Assembly (NCBI RefSeq): GCF_018350175.1
Contig: NC_058383.1
Location: 11,596,001 to 11,660,000 of the forward strand
Direction: 5' to 3'
Length of the DNA stretch: 64,000 bases
Source: Felis catus
Taxonomy: Eukaryota
Positions 11,060 to 23,771 of this stretch are shown here, piece by piece. The notes beneath the pieces are model-generated. The model saw only the letters and a program-made list of their open reading frames with translations, ran no database searches and was not told the origin of the DNA. The first letter of the stretch is position 1. Each line of letters starts with the position of its first letter. The translations under genes were made by a program, and so were the position numbers.

Positions 11060-12661
11060 GTAGGGTCCCACCTCTTGACATCTCCTGCCCCGGCCATTGG
11101 GCCCACTTCCTTCCAGCTGGTTGTATGATTGGGCACCAAACAGGCTCACCTTTTTGGCTTTGCCTGTCTCTGGCCGATGCCTGGATGACTGTATGGCCCA
11201 CATCCTGACTCGCCTTACACCCTAGCTCCCTCTGGCCCGGGCGTGGCTCCTAGTCACCTCCTCCGTTTCAACCGGGCTAGCCTTGCGGTGGGGCTAACAT
11301 CTAGTCTAGAATCTGACCAGTGACTCCTGCGACGAAGGCAAGGTTTTCGAACGGCGTGCTCCCACGCAGTGTTTCTTGAGTCCTGGATATGCATGCAACT
11401 TAATCTTAATCGATGCATGAAATTGTTCTTTCCTACAGCTGAGGGTGTGCACCGTTTCCATTGTCTCCGGAGTGAAATGTTGAGCAGAACGTGCACTGTG
11501 GGGCGGGGTCCAATCCAGCGTGAGAAATATTCCGTAACTCCCAGCCAGTCCTGGGACATCTCACCCACCGTGACAACATAAAAGAGGTTCTTCCCGGTCG
11601 CACGATTCTGGGGTGGACACATTTGTGATAATTCTGGAAAGAGTTTTTTTTTTCCACCCCCCCCCCCACCTTGTTTATGTTTAAAAATCAGTGTGCACCT
11701 TCTCATCTTTTCAGTGATGCTTGCGAACGCCCGGGAGTTTGAGACCGTATGTGAACCACTTAATCTCTCACAGGTGAAGACCGGGAATTGGTCCTTATGC
11801 CTTAGGTTTCTTTTTATTAAGCCTAAAGGGGACAGTTACAGTAGGCAGGTGGAAAGTGTGGGGGGTGCTGGGGTTGGAGCCAAGAAGAAGCACTCTGGGG
11901 TTTCTCCAAAGCCAGCATCTATTTTCAGAAGGGAACAAAATACTCACCAAAAAGCATGTGTCATCCGGCGGATTCTACACAACATCCTGAGGAAACGGAA
12001 CACATTCCAGCATCTCTGCTAAATGTCATCTCGGATGAGGTGACTTTCTGATGGGCCCACAATGCATCCTTTCTGTCTGTCTCTTCTGGAAGAACTTAGC
12101 GACTTGTAATTTTTTCAAAATAAATAAGAGAACTCATATAAGCTGGTGGGGGCTCCCTTAGTGCACATGTGCGTGGGTCAGAAGATGTCAAGTTTTCATC
12201 ATGTCAAGAGACATGTATTGGCCCAGACATAACATAGACGTAACTCCAGAAGGTGGGACTAGGCAAATAAAAGGACAAAGAGGTAAGAGAAGCACAACAT
12301 GGACAAGATAAAGACGGGTCCAGATTTTGAAAAGGACCAAGGTTGATACTTTGTTCAATCAGTGTGGGCTGCATGGTGGAGGGGACAGAGGCAATAGACT
12401 TTTGTAGCTCACCTGCTTCTGCCATGAGGGGCCAGTCATCAGAAATGGAGATCCAGACTCTAATAACCCATGAGGGCGTGCTACAATTTTCCACTGAAAC
12501 ATAGTATTTCTCTTTATGGTTACCCCCATTTTGATTAAAGGTAACCAAGACAAAGGTAACCAAGAATGAATCAGATGATTTGGCTTGATGATTTACCTCA
12601 GTGCAACGAGAATGGTAATTGACTGCATAGATATTTTCAAGTTTGCTTTGCTGGAACTTTC

Positions 12662-12898
12662 TTTTGTTTTTTAAAAAAAAATGTTAAAGTTTATTTATTT
12701 TTGAGAGACAGAGAGAGACAGAGCACGAGCATGGGAGGGGCAGAGAGAGAGAGGGAGACACAGAATCCAAAGCAGGCTTCAGGCTCTGAGCTGTCAGCAC
12801 AGAGCCCGACGCGGGGCTCAAACTCCCGAACCGTGAGATCGTGACCTGAGCCGAAGCCTAAGTCTTAGTCTTAACCGACTAAGCCGCCCAGGCGCCCC
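12662..12898 (-). mobile_element. Can-SINE
   Basis: TSD tttgctggaa(c/t)tttc on both sides. Confidence 0.93.
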
Positions 12899-14262
12899 TG
12901 ATTTGCTGGAATTTTCCATAAGAAATTTCAGATTAGACTTTCAAAAGCCTCTTGAAGTTAGAAAGCCAAGTTAACTCAACACCAGACCTCACTTGCAGGA
13001 TCTGTGGATTTGGGTTCATTTATTTTACCAACGTCTCAAAATAACCTAAATTTCTTAAGCTGGCCGGAAGTGGCCTTCCTTACTCGTAAACGTGTTAAGG
13101 CTGGGAACCCTGTAAGCTCAACTACCTGGCTGGTTTTCCCAGAAGAGCTTTGTAAGCATTGGCTGAATTTTGAAGTCAATCTTAGTTCTTTAAAACTGTC
13201 CGGTCCTATCTGATTCTATACACATCATTCTCAAATATAACACTGCAGTCAAAGTCTTGGTTACAAAACCAATGTTTCCAGTCATGTTCAGTTACAAGGA
13301 ACACAGATTCTTGTTGAACTCATATAAATAATTGTATCCCCATGAATATAGGAATATACCATAAGAGTTTCTGAATTCTGGAGAGACCAGGCAAAGAGAA
13401 AAGGATAAATGTTTCATTTCTGTTTACAAAACAATAATCAGCTAAATTGCTGTGAGTTTTAGATAGTTCCAGAGAAAAGGGAAAGAGGTTCCTTATAATC
13501 ACAAAGTAGAACATTAAAGGAGCAAAAAAAAAAAAAATGAAATCAGTGAAGCCGTTAAAAATCATAATCATGCTTTATCAGTTCATTCAGTCCCACGTAA
13601 TTAATTCTTTTACTGCTCGATCTCAGGTTAGACGTTTTATGAGCCACTTTCATTTGTCCACCAGAGTTCTGGAAATCCTTACATGATCAAGCGGGATAAT
13701 CTCCGTTATTCCAGCGATGCCTGGACCCCAGAGTATCTCACAGTCCTTTCCATGGGTCTCAGAGCTAGCTGCTAGCTGCTCTTTGATGAACTTGTGAAGC
13801 ACTCTGGCCTTTGGCCGATGGCAGGTGCTCTTGGAAAAAGAATCAGAGCAAAACGCGAAACTGTCTGTGGCTGACAAAAGACTTGACTTGTCCATGATTC
13901 AAGATCTGACGAGGGCTCATCATAAAAATGACGCAATTGACAAGGAAACTCGGTTATTTCTGTCACATGCCATGGTCTACAGTAATAACCGGATTTATGA
14001 TTGATTCTATTATATCATAATTTTCTCTAATACCAGCCAAAGCAAAATCAAGACAAATAGAGAACGAGGGCACCGGCAAATTTTTGGGAACTTTATACAG
14101 TTTCTGAAATACTTACATTTCAGAATGTAAATACTTCCATTACAGCCACCCAGGCACCCCAGCACAGGAGATTATTCTGATGAGACCCAGAATCTTTGTT
14201 TCCAAGGCAGATATTCAAAAGGCAGAGAAAAACCTCTTGCAATCCTTTATTAAGAGCAGACA

Positions 14263-14473
14263 GGGGTGCGTGGGTGGCTCAGTCTGTTAAGCGTCCGACT
14301 TTGGCTCGGGTCACGATCTCACGGTTCGTGGGTTCAAGCCCTGCATTGGGCTGTGTGCTGATGGCTCGGAGCCCAGGGCCTGCTTCGGATTCTGTGTCTC
14401 CCCCTCTTTTTGCCCCTCCCCCATTTGCATTCTGTCTCTCTTTCTTTTAAAGTAATAAATAAACATTAAAAAA
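14263..14473 (+). mobile_element. Can-SINE
   Basis: ggggtgcgtgggtggctcagtc head, B box ggttcaagccc, A-rich tail. Confidence 0.92.
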
Positions 14474-14674
14474 CAACACTTTTATTCCACACATCAGCTT
14501 CATACACATGGTAACTCAGAAAACACAGCTGTCTTATCAAACCAATAATATTAAATGACTGTTCTTTATCAAAGATTTACCCAAATTATGGGAATCTGAA
14601 AAGCATTTGGGTTAGTTTCTCCAATTCGGAGAGTTTTAGGCATTATTTAATTTCCATAAGCACATATTTATTTC

Positions 14675-14982
14675 AAATCCAATGCATCCTTAGAGAAGGG
14701 GGACATCTGGGCACAGAGATAGACACACACGCAAGGAAGATGATATAATGTCACAGGAGAAGACGGTTACGTGACTGTAGGGGTGAAGCTACACACCAAA
14801 AATACCCAGGAGTTCTGGCAAACCCCAGAAACTACAATAGGCAAGGAAGGATTCTTCCCAGAGCCGTCGGATGGAGTGTGGCCACGCCAACCGCTTGATT
14901 TTGAACTTCCCGCCTCCAGGAAGTGCGAGACAGCCACCTGGTTCCTGGTACTTTGTCACAGCAGCCCTAGGAAATGAATACA
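14675..14982 (+). mobile_element. MLT1 (MLT1C-like) LTR 3' half
   Basis: aatccaat...ccttagagaaggggg...ggcaaggaaggattcttcccagagcc...gtactttgtcacagcagccctaggaaatgaataca. Confidence 0.85.
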
Positions 14983-15918
14983 GACGTCGAGTCAGGGAGG
15001 AGGCAAGTGTAGAATGAACGCCCAGAGGAGCTGGCGAAGCAGGCGGGGAAGGGGTATTGGAGGCGCTTTCAGGAAAACCAGGGGCGATCAGTCGCAGAGA
15101 AGCCAAGAGAAGGAAGTGTAATGGAGAACCATGGAGAGGAACTAATTTGACAAGAGGTCGCTGTGGGCTTGTGGAAGAACAGTTGTGGGCGGAGTTGAGG
15201 AATCAAGATGGCCTGGGAAGGTTCTCGGGCCAGCGCCCCTTCCAGAGGCCACCAGCCTTCTGGCAGGTGACTCCCACGGAACTGAAACCACACACATGGG
15301 TGGCGTCGTTTGCCTGTGAGAACCAAAGTGATTCATGTCTTGTTTCCGGCTCTTCCTTAATGAAGGGTATGAAAATAAAACACTTATCACAAAGGTGGGG
15401 GGGCGGGGAAGGTGTTTTATAGTAGCTTGGGGAATAGAACTGTTTATTAAAAGGAACAATAAAGCAAAATAGGTAATTAGGCTTCACTAAACAAAGCTCT
15501 CAAATCAACTTCTGAGAAAAAATGCTCCATATAACTTACAATCAAAGGGCTGCAAGGCAAAGTAGTGAGGTGCTCTTTTCCTTTAATTGATTTGGCAAGG
15601 ATTTAAAGATTTCCGTGCCACGACCCTAAGCTTGTGAGACTGGATGTATCCGGGCAGTTCAACACAGGAATGGGAGTGTAATATTTCTAGACGATAATTT
15701 GATACGATACTTAAAACTCTTAAGAATATACGCAGATGCGGATCCAGAATTCCATTTCTAGATTTTTGAGCATTTATTATAGGCATATACATTTCAGCGT
15801 TATTTATGTTACCCAAAGAGTGAGAGCAAGTGAATATCCCATAATACAGATTGATTAAGTAAGTTCTATTTATATGATTGGACAATGTAAGTAAATAATG
15901 ACTTAAGAAACATTTGTA

Positions 15919-16142
15919 GGGGCGCCTGGGTGGCTCAGTCGGTTGAGCGTCCGACTTCAGTTCAGGTCATGATCTTGTGGTTCATGGGTTTGAGCCCCGC
16001 GTCGGGCTCTGTGCTGACAGCTCAGAGCCTGGAGCCCGCTTCGGATTCTGTGTCTCCCCCTCTCTCTGCCCCTCCCATGCTTATGCTCTGTTTCTCTCTG
16101 TCTCTCAATAATAAATAAACGTTAAAAATTGTTTTTAAAGAG
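15919..16142 (+). mobile_element. Can-SINE
   Basis: TSD aagaaacatttg. Confidence 0.95.
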
Positions 16143-16418
16143 AAGAAACATTTGCAGGCAGCAAAGATATTCAGAACATATTAATTAGTAATTGAAAGAT
16201 ATCAAAACAATATTTATAGAAGGACTCGGTAAAATAGGTTTTATGTTTCTGAAAGAAAACTATACAAAATGATTAACAGGAGTTAATTTGGGGTAGTGGG
16301 TGATTTAAAAATTGTGTTTATTTTTCTTCTTAGAATTTTCTTTTTTTTTTTTTCCTGAAGTGAGCATGCATTGATTATACATTTGAGATGAATAAGTTTT
16401 ATAAATAAGAGTTGAGTC

Positions 16419-16640
16419 GGGAGCCTGGGTGGCTCAGTCGGTTAAGCGTCCGACTTCGGCTCAGGTCATGATCTCGCGGTTCGTGAGTTCAAGCCCCGCG
16501 TCGGGCTCTGTCTGACAGCTCAGAGCCTGGAGCCTGTTTCGGATTCTGGGTCTCCCTCTCTCTCTCTGACCCTCCCCCGTTCATGCTCTGTCTCTCTCTG
16601 TCTCAAAAATAAATAAACGTTAAAAAAAAATTAAAAAAAA
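16419..16640 (+). mobile_element. Can-SINE
   Basis: TSD aagagttgagtc at 16407-16418 and 16641-16652. Confidence 0.95.
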
Positions 16641-17007
16641 AAAGAGTTGAGTCTACTCAAGATTGGGTCTGAGAGATAAATGTTGGATTCGCTGAAATTT
16701 TGTCAGAGAGGAAGCAGTGAGGGGCCCACTTTCCCACCTTGTGTACCGATGAAGAAACTCAGGCCCACCGAGGCAACGCACTTGCCCACATGTGGCTCCA
16801 TTGTATTACTTTTCCTGGAAGTGGGGCAACTCACAGGAGACCAGAAGGTGGACACTTAAAGGGTCCCATGAGGCGGTGGGTGGGGCAGAAGTGAAATCAA
16901 GTTCCTGATTCATCAACTGTCTACTGTTCCCACCATTACATCCTCAACCATATGTCGGGGTGTATGCCTTACGCTTAGGGTTTCCATTTTGAAGAATTTT
17001 CCTCCCT

Positions 17008-17222
17008 GGGGCGCCTGGGCGGCTCCGTCAGTTGAGCGTCCGACTTCAGCTCAGGTCTTGATCTCACGGTTCGTGGGTTCGAGCCCCGTGTCGGGCTCTG
17101 TGCTGACAGCTCGGAGCCTGGAGCCTGCTTCGGATTCTGTGTCTCCCTCTCTCTCCGCCCCTCCCCCGCTGGCGCTCTGTCTCTCCGTCAAAAATAAATA
17201 AACATTAAAAAAAAATTTTTTT
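17008..17222 (+). mobile_element. Can-SINE
   Basis: TSD tttgaagaattt. Confidence 0.95.
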
Positions 17223-18098
17223 TTTGAAGAATTTGCCTTCCTGGCCACCTTGAACATCATAGGCCTCAGACGCTAAAAGCCCCTCGCCACAAGCAAACCC
17301 GTCATCACCATTCAGAAGCAGTGAGCCAGAGCCTTTCAATCCAGCCAGCTGTCCCACAACAAGGCAATGGAGTCACAAGATGAGCCCCACAAACGTGGGG
17401 CAAAGGAGGAAATTTAGAAGTGCCCTACCAAGAGCAGTTAATTACTTTACTGATGGTAACGAAATCAAGAACAACTGGGAAGCGGTTGATGTACATTTCA
17501 AGGATGACGCAATGATCGAAAGCACTAGGTGGACTGCACGAAAACTTCCAAGGTCACTGAGCAGATGGTTCGACCAGGCCGTCCCACCTCCTGTTAGAAG
17601 GAAAGCCCCAACGTGGGAAACAAATACATGATAAGAGTAATTACATAAATATTCAATTTGGTTAACATGCAGTTAGGTTCGCCACATAATATATAAGTGC
17701 TTGACTCATCTTCAACCGGCCTGTTTATCTTCTGCAAATGATTGGCTGATTGTAATTCTACGAATCCGATACTCCCTTTAGATCACTATAATAGAATGCG
17801 GGAGGAACTTTGAATTCAGTATTGTTCTTTGGGTGGCTATTTAAAAAAAGTCCACTCTACTCTTTCCATGCCCAGAAGTAGGACTTTTGTAAGCTGGGGT
17901 GTGGTTTGAGAGATGCATACATTGGATCAAATTAAGGAGAGATATTTTTTGTCCCGTAAAATAAAATAAAACAAAACACTCTACTTTTGTGGGTTGAAAT
18001 GTGTGCTGTGAATGTTAGTATGTACCAACTGATGGGCTGTTTCTCTTTGTTGAGCTGGATTGTGGGCTAAAACTCTTTTTTAAAAAATAGAAATAATT

Positions 18099-18317
18099 GG
18101 GGCGCCTGGGTGGCTCAGTCGGTTAAGCGACCAACTTAGGCTCAGGTCATGATGTCACAGTTCGTGGGTTCGAGCCCTGCATCGGGCTCTGTGGTGAATG
18201 CTTGCTCAGAGCCTGGAGCCTGCTTCGGATTCTGTGTCTTCTCTCTCCGCCCCCTCCCTAGCTTGTGCTCTTTCTCTGTCTCTCAAAAATAAATAAATGC
18301 AAAAAAAAAATTTTTTT
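18099..18317 (+). mobile_element. Can-SINE
   Basis: TSD aaatagaaataat. Confidence 0.95.
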
Positions 18318-19087
18318 AAATAGAAATAATAAGACTCTAGGATAAAGACACAGAGACCAATCAAAAGGTCTATTCTTCTACCCTTAGTTTCTATAAATTT
18401 TAGGGCCAAATGATGTCTAGATATTTGCTACATGCTAATATTATCCATAAGCCTGAAGATGAGAGTCATTAACAACCTGAATGGTCCAGGGCACCGGAAG
18501 TGGGCTTTAAGAGAGGATGACAGAAGGGTACCCGTCTATGGCCACCCAACCAGATGAACGCTGTGAGTTGAGAAGGTGTTTGAGCCCTGTTATCGATGTC
18601 CTCGTGCAGAAATTATGGGCTGCCTGTCACATGCATTTACCACTCTCTGACCTAGGGCTGCCGTATCCAGGTGTGCAGGTCCTATCCTTCTTGGGGCATG
18701 TGGCTGAGGGAGCGAGCGGGGAGCGGGAGTCTAAGCCACACTCAGCCACGCCCTGAAGGAAGGGATCTTTTTTGCGAATTTGCACAAAGGCACTGTTCGC
18801 TCATAGCTAAGCCATATGCCCACAGGCTTACATCTTCCCAGAGGGAACACTTCATCTAACTCATGCAAATATAACAAATGAATCCATTTCGAATCCTTTT
18901 TATTTTTATATTTGAAAAATTCAAGTAAAATTTATATAGAGCGCAATGCACGAATATTGAGAACACAGTTTAATGGGTTTCATGATATAGAACAGTGCTG
19001 TCATCTCCAGAAAAGTTTCTTATGCCTCCTTCCTGTCAATCTCCAAATCCCAGAGGCAAGCCACTGCTCTGGTTTTTATTGCCATAA

Positions 19088-19089
<2 letters not shown>

Positions 19090-19132
<43 letters not shown>

Positions 19133-19173
19133 TGGCAATATATATATAATATACTGAATATAATAATTCAATT

Positions 19174-19223
<50 letters not shown>

Positions 19224-19720
19224 CCAGAATATTCATGGCAGGTTTTTTTCATAATGGCCAAAATTTATAATAACCCAAGTGGTCATCTATAGGAAAATTT
19301 ATGGTTTATTCATATAATATTTAGCAATAAAAAGAATGAATTGTATATGTGTATATATAACTATATGTATAACTATTATATACAATAACTATTATATATA
19401 ACTATATATTATATATATAATAACTATTATATATGTGTATATATAAAAATATACATATATATCTATCGGAACAATATTACTACTATGTTGAAAAGAAGCC
19501 AGGCACAGAATGATAATATATGATATATGTATGATATGATAACACATATCTGATATATATGTATATATATAATATATATACAGATACATGTATATACAAA
19601 TAATCATTGTAATACATAATTTAATATATATGCATATATATGTAATATATATGTCTGTTTATATCATAAAGTAATACATATATATGCATATAATATATAT
19701 ATAACATCTATATTATGGGT
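19090..19720. repeat. Two (TA)n tracts plus degenerate TA-rich low-complexity DNA among old L1 remnants
   Basis: (TA)n at ~19090-19127 and ~19177-19220; TA-rich from 19340 to 19720. Confidence 0.9.
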
Positions 19721-20166
19721 TTTATGATAATGTTATATATTGCTAAATGTATGTAACATTGTAACCCTGGGGGAACAGCGGAGGTTACTTCCATCATAAG
19801 AGGCCTGACAAGTGCAGGACAGTGACATCTTCACTTAATTCTTCTTTTGGCCGGTGCAGAAGATGTGTGGCTGTCAGAGAATGATTGGGGTCTATCACAG
19901 ACGCAACAACGTGGATGTTCCAATCAAAGCTGGTGTTCCAGATACGGTGGCTTTGCTGGAGGAAGCCAACGTATTGCCCTTTCTCTTCCGCCCTGCACCT
20001 GATAATGTATCTATTGACCTATAAAAGCTTTATCGTTCTATCCTTCTCTCTAAAAATAGTAAGTTAATTACCTTCACACGGCAGAGGTAGCAGCACACCC
20101 TTCCAGTTTTATCTGTGGTGAGTCCTCTGTTCACTGATGTAACAGCCTGGATGAATCTTGATTGTC

Positions 20167-20381
20167 TTTTTTTTTTTTTAGTGTTTATTTTTTGAGAGAC
20201 AGAGAGAGACAGAACATGAGCGGGGGAGGGGCAGAGAGATAGGGAGACCCAGAATCGGAAGCAGGCTCCCGGCTCCGAGCCATCAGCACAGAGCCTGACG
20301 CGGGGCTCAAACTCATGAACCGCGAGATCATGACCTGAACCAAAGTTGGACGCTTAACCAACTGAGCCACCCAGGGGCCCC
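20167..20381 (-). mobile_element. Can-SINE
   Basis: Full head, body and tail; TSD ttgattgt. Confidence 0.93.
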
Positions 20382-20491
20382 TTTGATTGTTTGATACATC
20401 ACAAAAACAGCACATCTGTGCTCTACATTGGTGAGGTTGTGCTAACGGGATCTGGTGACTACGAATCCACAGGCACTTTCCGTGAGTTAGT

Positions 20492-20673
20492 ATGTGGCTT
20501 TCAAAGTGTGGTCCTTGGCCAGCAGCAGCACCTGCAAATTGGTTAGAAAAGCCACCTATCAGAATACATCCCTGAACTATTTAATCAGAAACTCTTGGAC
20601 TAGATGTTGCCATCTGGGTGTTACGACACACTCTTGGTGATCTTAGTGCATGCTAACGTGTGGCAACCACTGC
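20492..20673. mobile_element. MER5A-like hAT MITE nested in ERV-L pol
   Basis: tcaaagtgtggtcc...ccagcagcagcacctg...aatcagaaactct...aaccactg. Confidence 0.7.
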
Positions 20674-22438
20674 CTTAGTGTCACACATATACTCCAGAAG
20701 ACCCAAGATCAATCCTACGAAAAATTCAGGGATCTGCTGCAGGCAGTCTCTAGGTTTCAAGTGGTCCGAGAGGGGTTGGTGTATATATACTTTCACGTGA
20801 GAGGTGACTTGCTGCATTTTGTGTTGCTTCACCATAAAGAAAGAGATACAATGCTTCACGGGCCTCTTTGGCTTTTGGAGATTATCTAATCCACATTTGA
20901 GGATGCTGTTCTGACCCATTCACTGGGTAGCCCAATGGATTGCCAGTTTCAGGTGGGGCCCCAACCAGAAGACGGCTTTGCAGTTGGTCTAGACTGTAAT
21001 GGTCGGACGCTTGGACCTTCCAACTTTGTCAGCACTTGATATTCTAATTATCTGGGGCACATAGGGATAGGGTATTGTACCTCTGACAAACCCCAATAGG
21101 GAAATCACGGTGCAGAACCCCTGGAGCTCAAGCAACGGATGATTCTTTCACGGAAGACCCAAGTTTCAGATGGGCAATTAGGCGAGACAGCCTTGTGAAT
21201 TTTTATAGTTCTGAGGTCATGGTGTGAGTCAGATTGCCTTCTCCTTAACCTTCAAGATCTACACTGGGAAAACAGGAACGGGTGTAGGGATGCACAGGAG
21301 GTGATGCAGAGAGAGAGAGAGTAGAATTGTGGATCTTGAAGCCAACTGGCTTGAAGGGAAAGTGGAAAGATACACAAATATGGGCACGGATAAGGCTATT
21401 TAACGGTATTTAACGGTATTTGCCTTGGAGGATGGGATCTGGCCAGCCAAGTTTCTGTCAGGCCATTGAAAACCTGAAGGGACAAGGAGATGAGCCAAGA
21501 GAAGGTGCTGGAAATTCTGCAGATGGGAAACACACAGAAAAAAGGGGCTAGGTCTTTTAGGTTAACGATTTTATCTCTTTAAAGTCAGCCCTGAGGCATG
21601 TTGCCAACGAGCTCCTAAACGCCAAGGCTCTAAGACGACTCTTGAAATAGTGGGATACAATTTAGACACTGAATGAGATGTGAAACCGGTGCTGGGGTGG
21701 TCAGTTCTGGTCTACCATCTTGCATTGCCTTTGCTGCTCTTAAGTGGCCTTGGGAGTACAGGGTTGAGGTTGAATTGCACTGATGATTCTCACGTTGCCT
21801 CCAGAGTTTTTTTTTTCTCCCCCTTTCTGGATTTGCTCAACTCTGTGTCCCAGAATTCTGATCCCTCTGGAAGGTGGGATGAGCTCTCTCTCACCTGGTC
21901 TCCTGGGCCCTGGGGCCGCCAGTTGTATTTGGTGGGCGGAAGGCATTGGCGGAGAACCCGGGTGTGGGCAGTGAGGTGGGCAGGCCTTCCTCCCTGCTCA
22001 CTTTTCCTCTCCGGCTTCTCTTCTGTGACTGACTCGAGACCTCTGCTAGCCTCACATAACACTACTCTTCTTCCTCTTGCTTCTTCAGGCCAACCAGTGT
22101 TGCCTCAACGTCCCTCACTGGTGCCCAAACCTCTATGTAGAGGCTCTTCACTAAAGTCTCTTCAAGACCCCAGCAGATTTCGCCTTCTCTCCTTGTCAGG
22201 ATCCTGATGGGTGTAGGGAGTTTGCTTTAACTCAATGACAGAAGACATCTATCCTTCATGAAGCATACAGTCCACCGGGACTCTACGTATGGTTTCTACA
22301 TCTGTAGAAAGTGGGCAGTTTTATGTATATGTACGTGCATAACCCAATCTGGTGCTTAACAAGCATGCATTCCTTCTGTGGCTATTTGTTATTTTGGTTT
22401 GTTTTCATTTTCTTTTGGGGAAAACGTGAAAGCGTTGT

Positions 22439-22439
<1 letters not shown>

Positions 22440-22495
<56 letters not shown>

Positions 22496-22690
22496 TCTTT
22501 CTTTCTTTTGAGAGAAAGAGAGATAGTGCAAGCAGGGGAGAAGGGCAGAGGGAAAGAGAGGGAGAATCTTAAGCAGTCTCTACACTCAGCAAGGAGCCCC
22601 ATGTGGGGCTCGATCCCATGACCCTGGGATCATGACCTGAACCAAACTCAAGAGTCGGACGCTCAGCCGACTGAGCCACCCAGGGGCCCC
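22440..22690 (-). mobile_element. Can-SINE with a (TTTC)n expanded tail
   Basis: (TTTC)n at 22438-22492 adjoins the SINE 3' end. Confidence 0.92.
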
Positions 22691-23771
22691 AATGGTTGCA
22701 CTTCTTAGTTTTACCAAGTATACAAGAAATTTAGACTTTTGACCTTTGAGGTGAAGTAAGAGTCTCATAGAGGAATTATGTAAGTGTGCATATCTCTGGA
22801 TTTATCTTGTGCCCTTCCTCTGTCCATATCATCCCTGACGCTCTAGGGACACTACTAGCATTGTTGAGACAGGCAGACAGGAGGGACAGAGAGTGTCAGA
22901 GATGGGAGGAGAGCCATAGGACCTTTTCACACCCAGAAGCTTGAGGACGGGTGAGGGTGCGACATGCCTGCTCTCACGCGCTATCCAGTGCCCAAGCGTG
23001 GATTGAAATTTGGTTCTGTCTCTTGCCCGTGTTCTCTGTGTCCACATACGACCTCGTGACTGCTTTCGGATGGTCAGACGATGCGTGTGCGTTGGAAAAG
23101 AATTTTGTTCTCAGTGCTCGAAACTGCGCCTCGTGGCGAACAGGCCACACCTGTTCCAGATCCTGCTAGAATGTTCCAAATCTTGCTAGAATCTCTCCCG
23201 TTCAGAGCGTTCTCACGTTTCTTCCACTTCACCACCAAGTGGCTGGGGACCTTCTGCGATTCATTAGTCTGTGGTGGCTCCGAGGTGTAATGCAAGTCTC
23301 CAAAGGGACCCGTCTCATCTCTTCTTTGTTAAAATGAAATTTCCCCTTGGTATTTCTCTTAGGGGCTTCTCCAGGTAAGGATGAGAGGGACCGAGAGGCA
23401 GGGGAGGGGGCTCCGGGCTTAAATGCCAGCAATCCAATTAAAGGAACGTTTAACCTTTGTAAATAAAGCCCCTGTTCGGCCCGCTTCTCAGATGTGGAGA
23501 GGAGAAAAGTGATTTCATGTGAAGCCCCACACCATGAGCAGAGGGGTGGCATTTATGACAGCCTTCTGGGCAGAGGGAGCTCAGCCTGCTGGTAAAAATT
23601 ATTCTCTCTAGGAGAAAGCCTGCATCCCAATAAGCCGCCTCCTCGGGTGCCCTTCTTGCTGGAGGGGACCGTTTACCCAAACCGTTTTGTTCTAAAGAGC
23701 CATCGCTGGGTCCCGTCCGGCTCCTTGGTGTCCATTCAGAACATGACAAATAAAATGAAATGTAAAAACAC

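Larger units (their letters stand above)
12440..14675 (-). mobile_element. ERV1 (MER4-group) internal region, downstream part, inverted
   Basis: Reverse complement contains gaaactaacccaaatgctttt, aaggctttgactg-like, ttacagggttcccagcctt and gaggcttttgaaagtctaatctga, all recalled MER4-group internal motifs. Confidence 0.75.
19760..21150 (+). mobile_element. ERV-L pol (reverse transcriptase) remnant, degraded
   Basis: ttggccggtgcagaagat, gctggtgttccagatacggtggctttgctgga, aaaattcaggg, gggcctctttggcttttggagatt and ccagtttcaggtggggccc resemble recalled HERV-L pol; the YIDD position has decayed to tacattggtgag (20424-20435). Confidence 0.8.

Noticed and set aside
15919..16010. tRNA-like A/B-box sequences
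   Set aside because: SINE heads derived from tRNA, followed by a SINE body and A-tail; not tRNA genes
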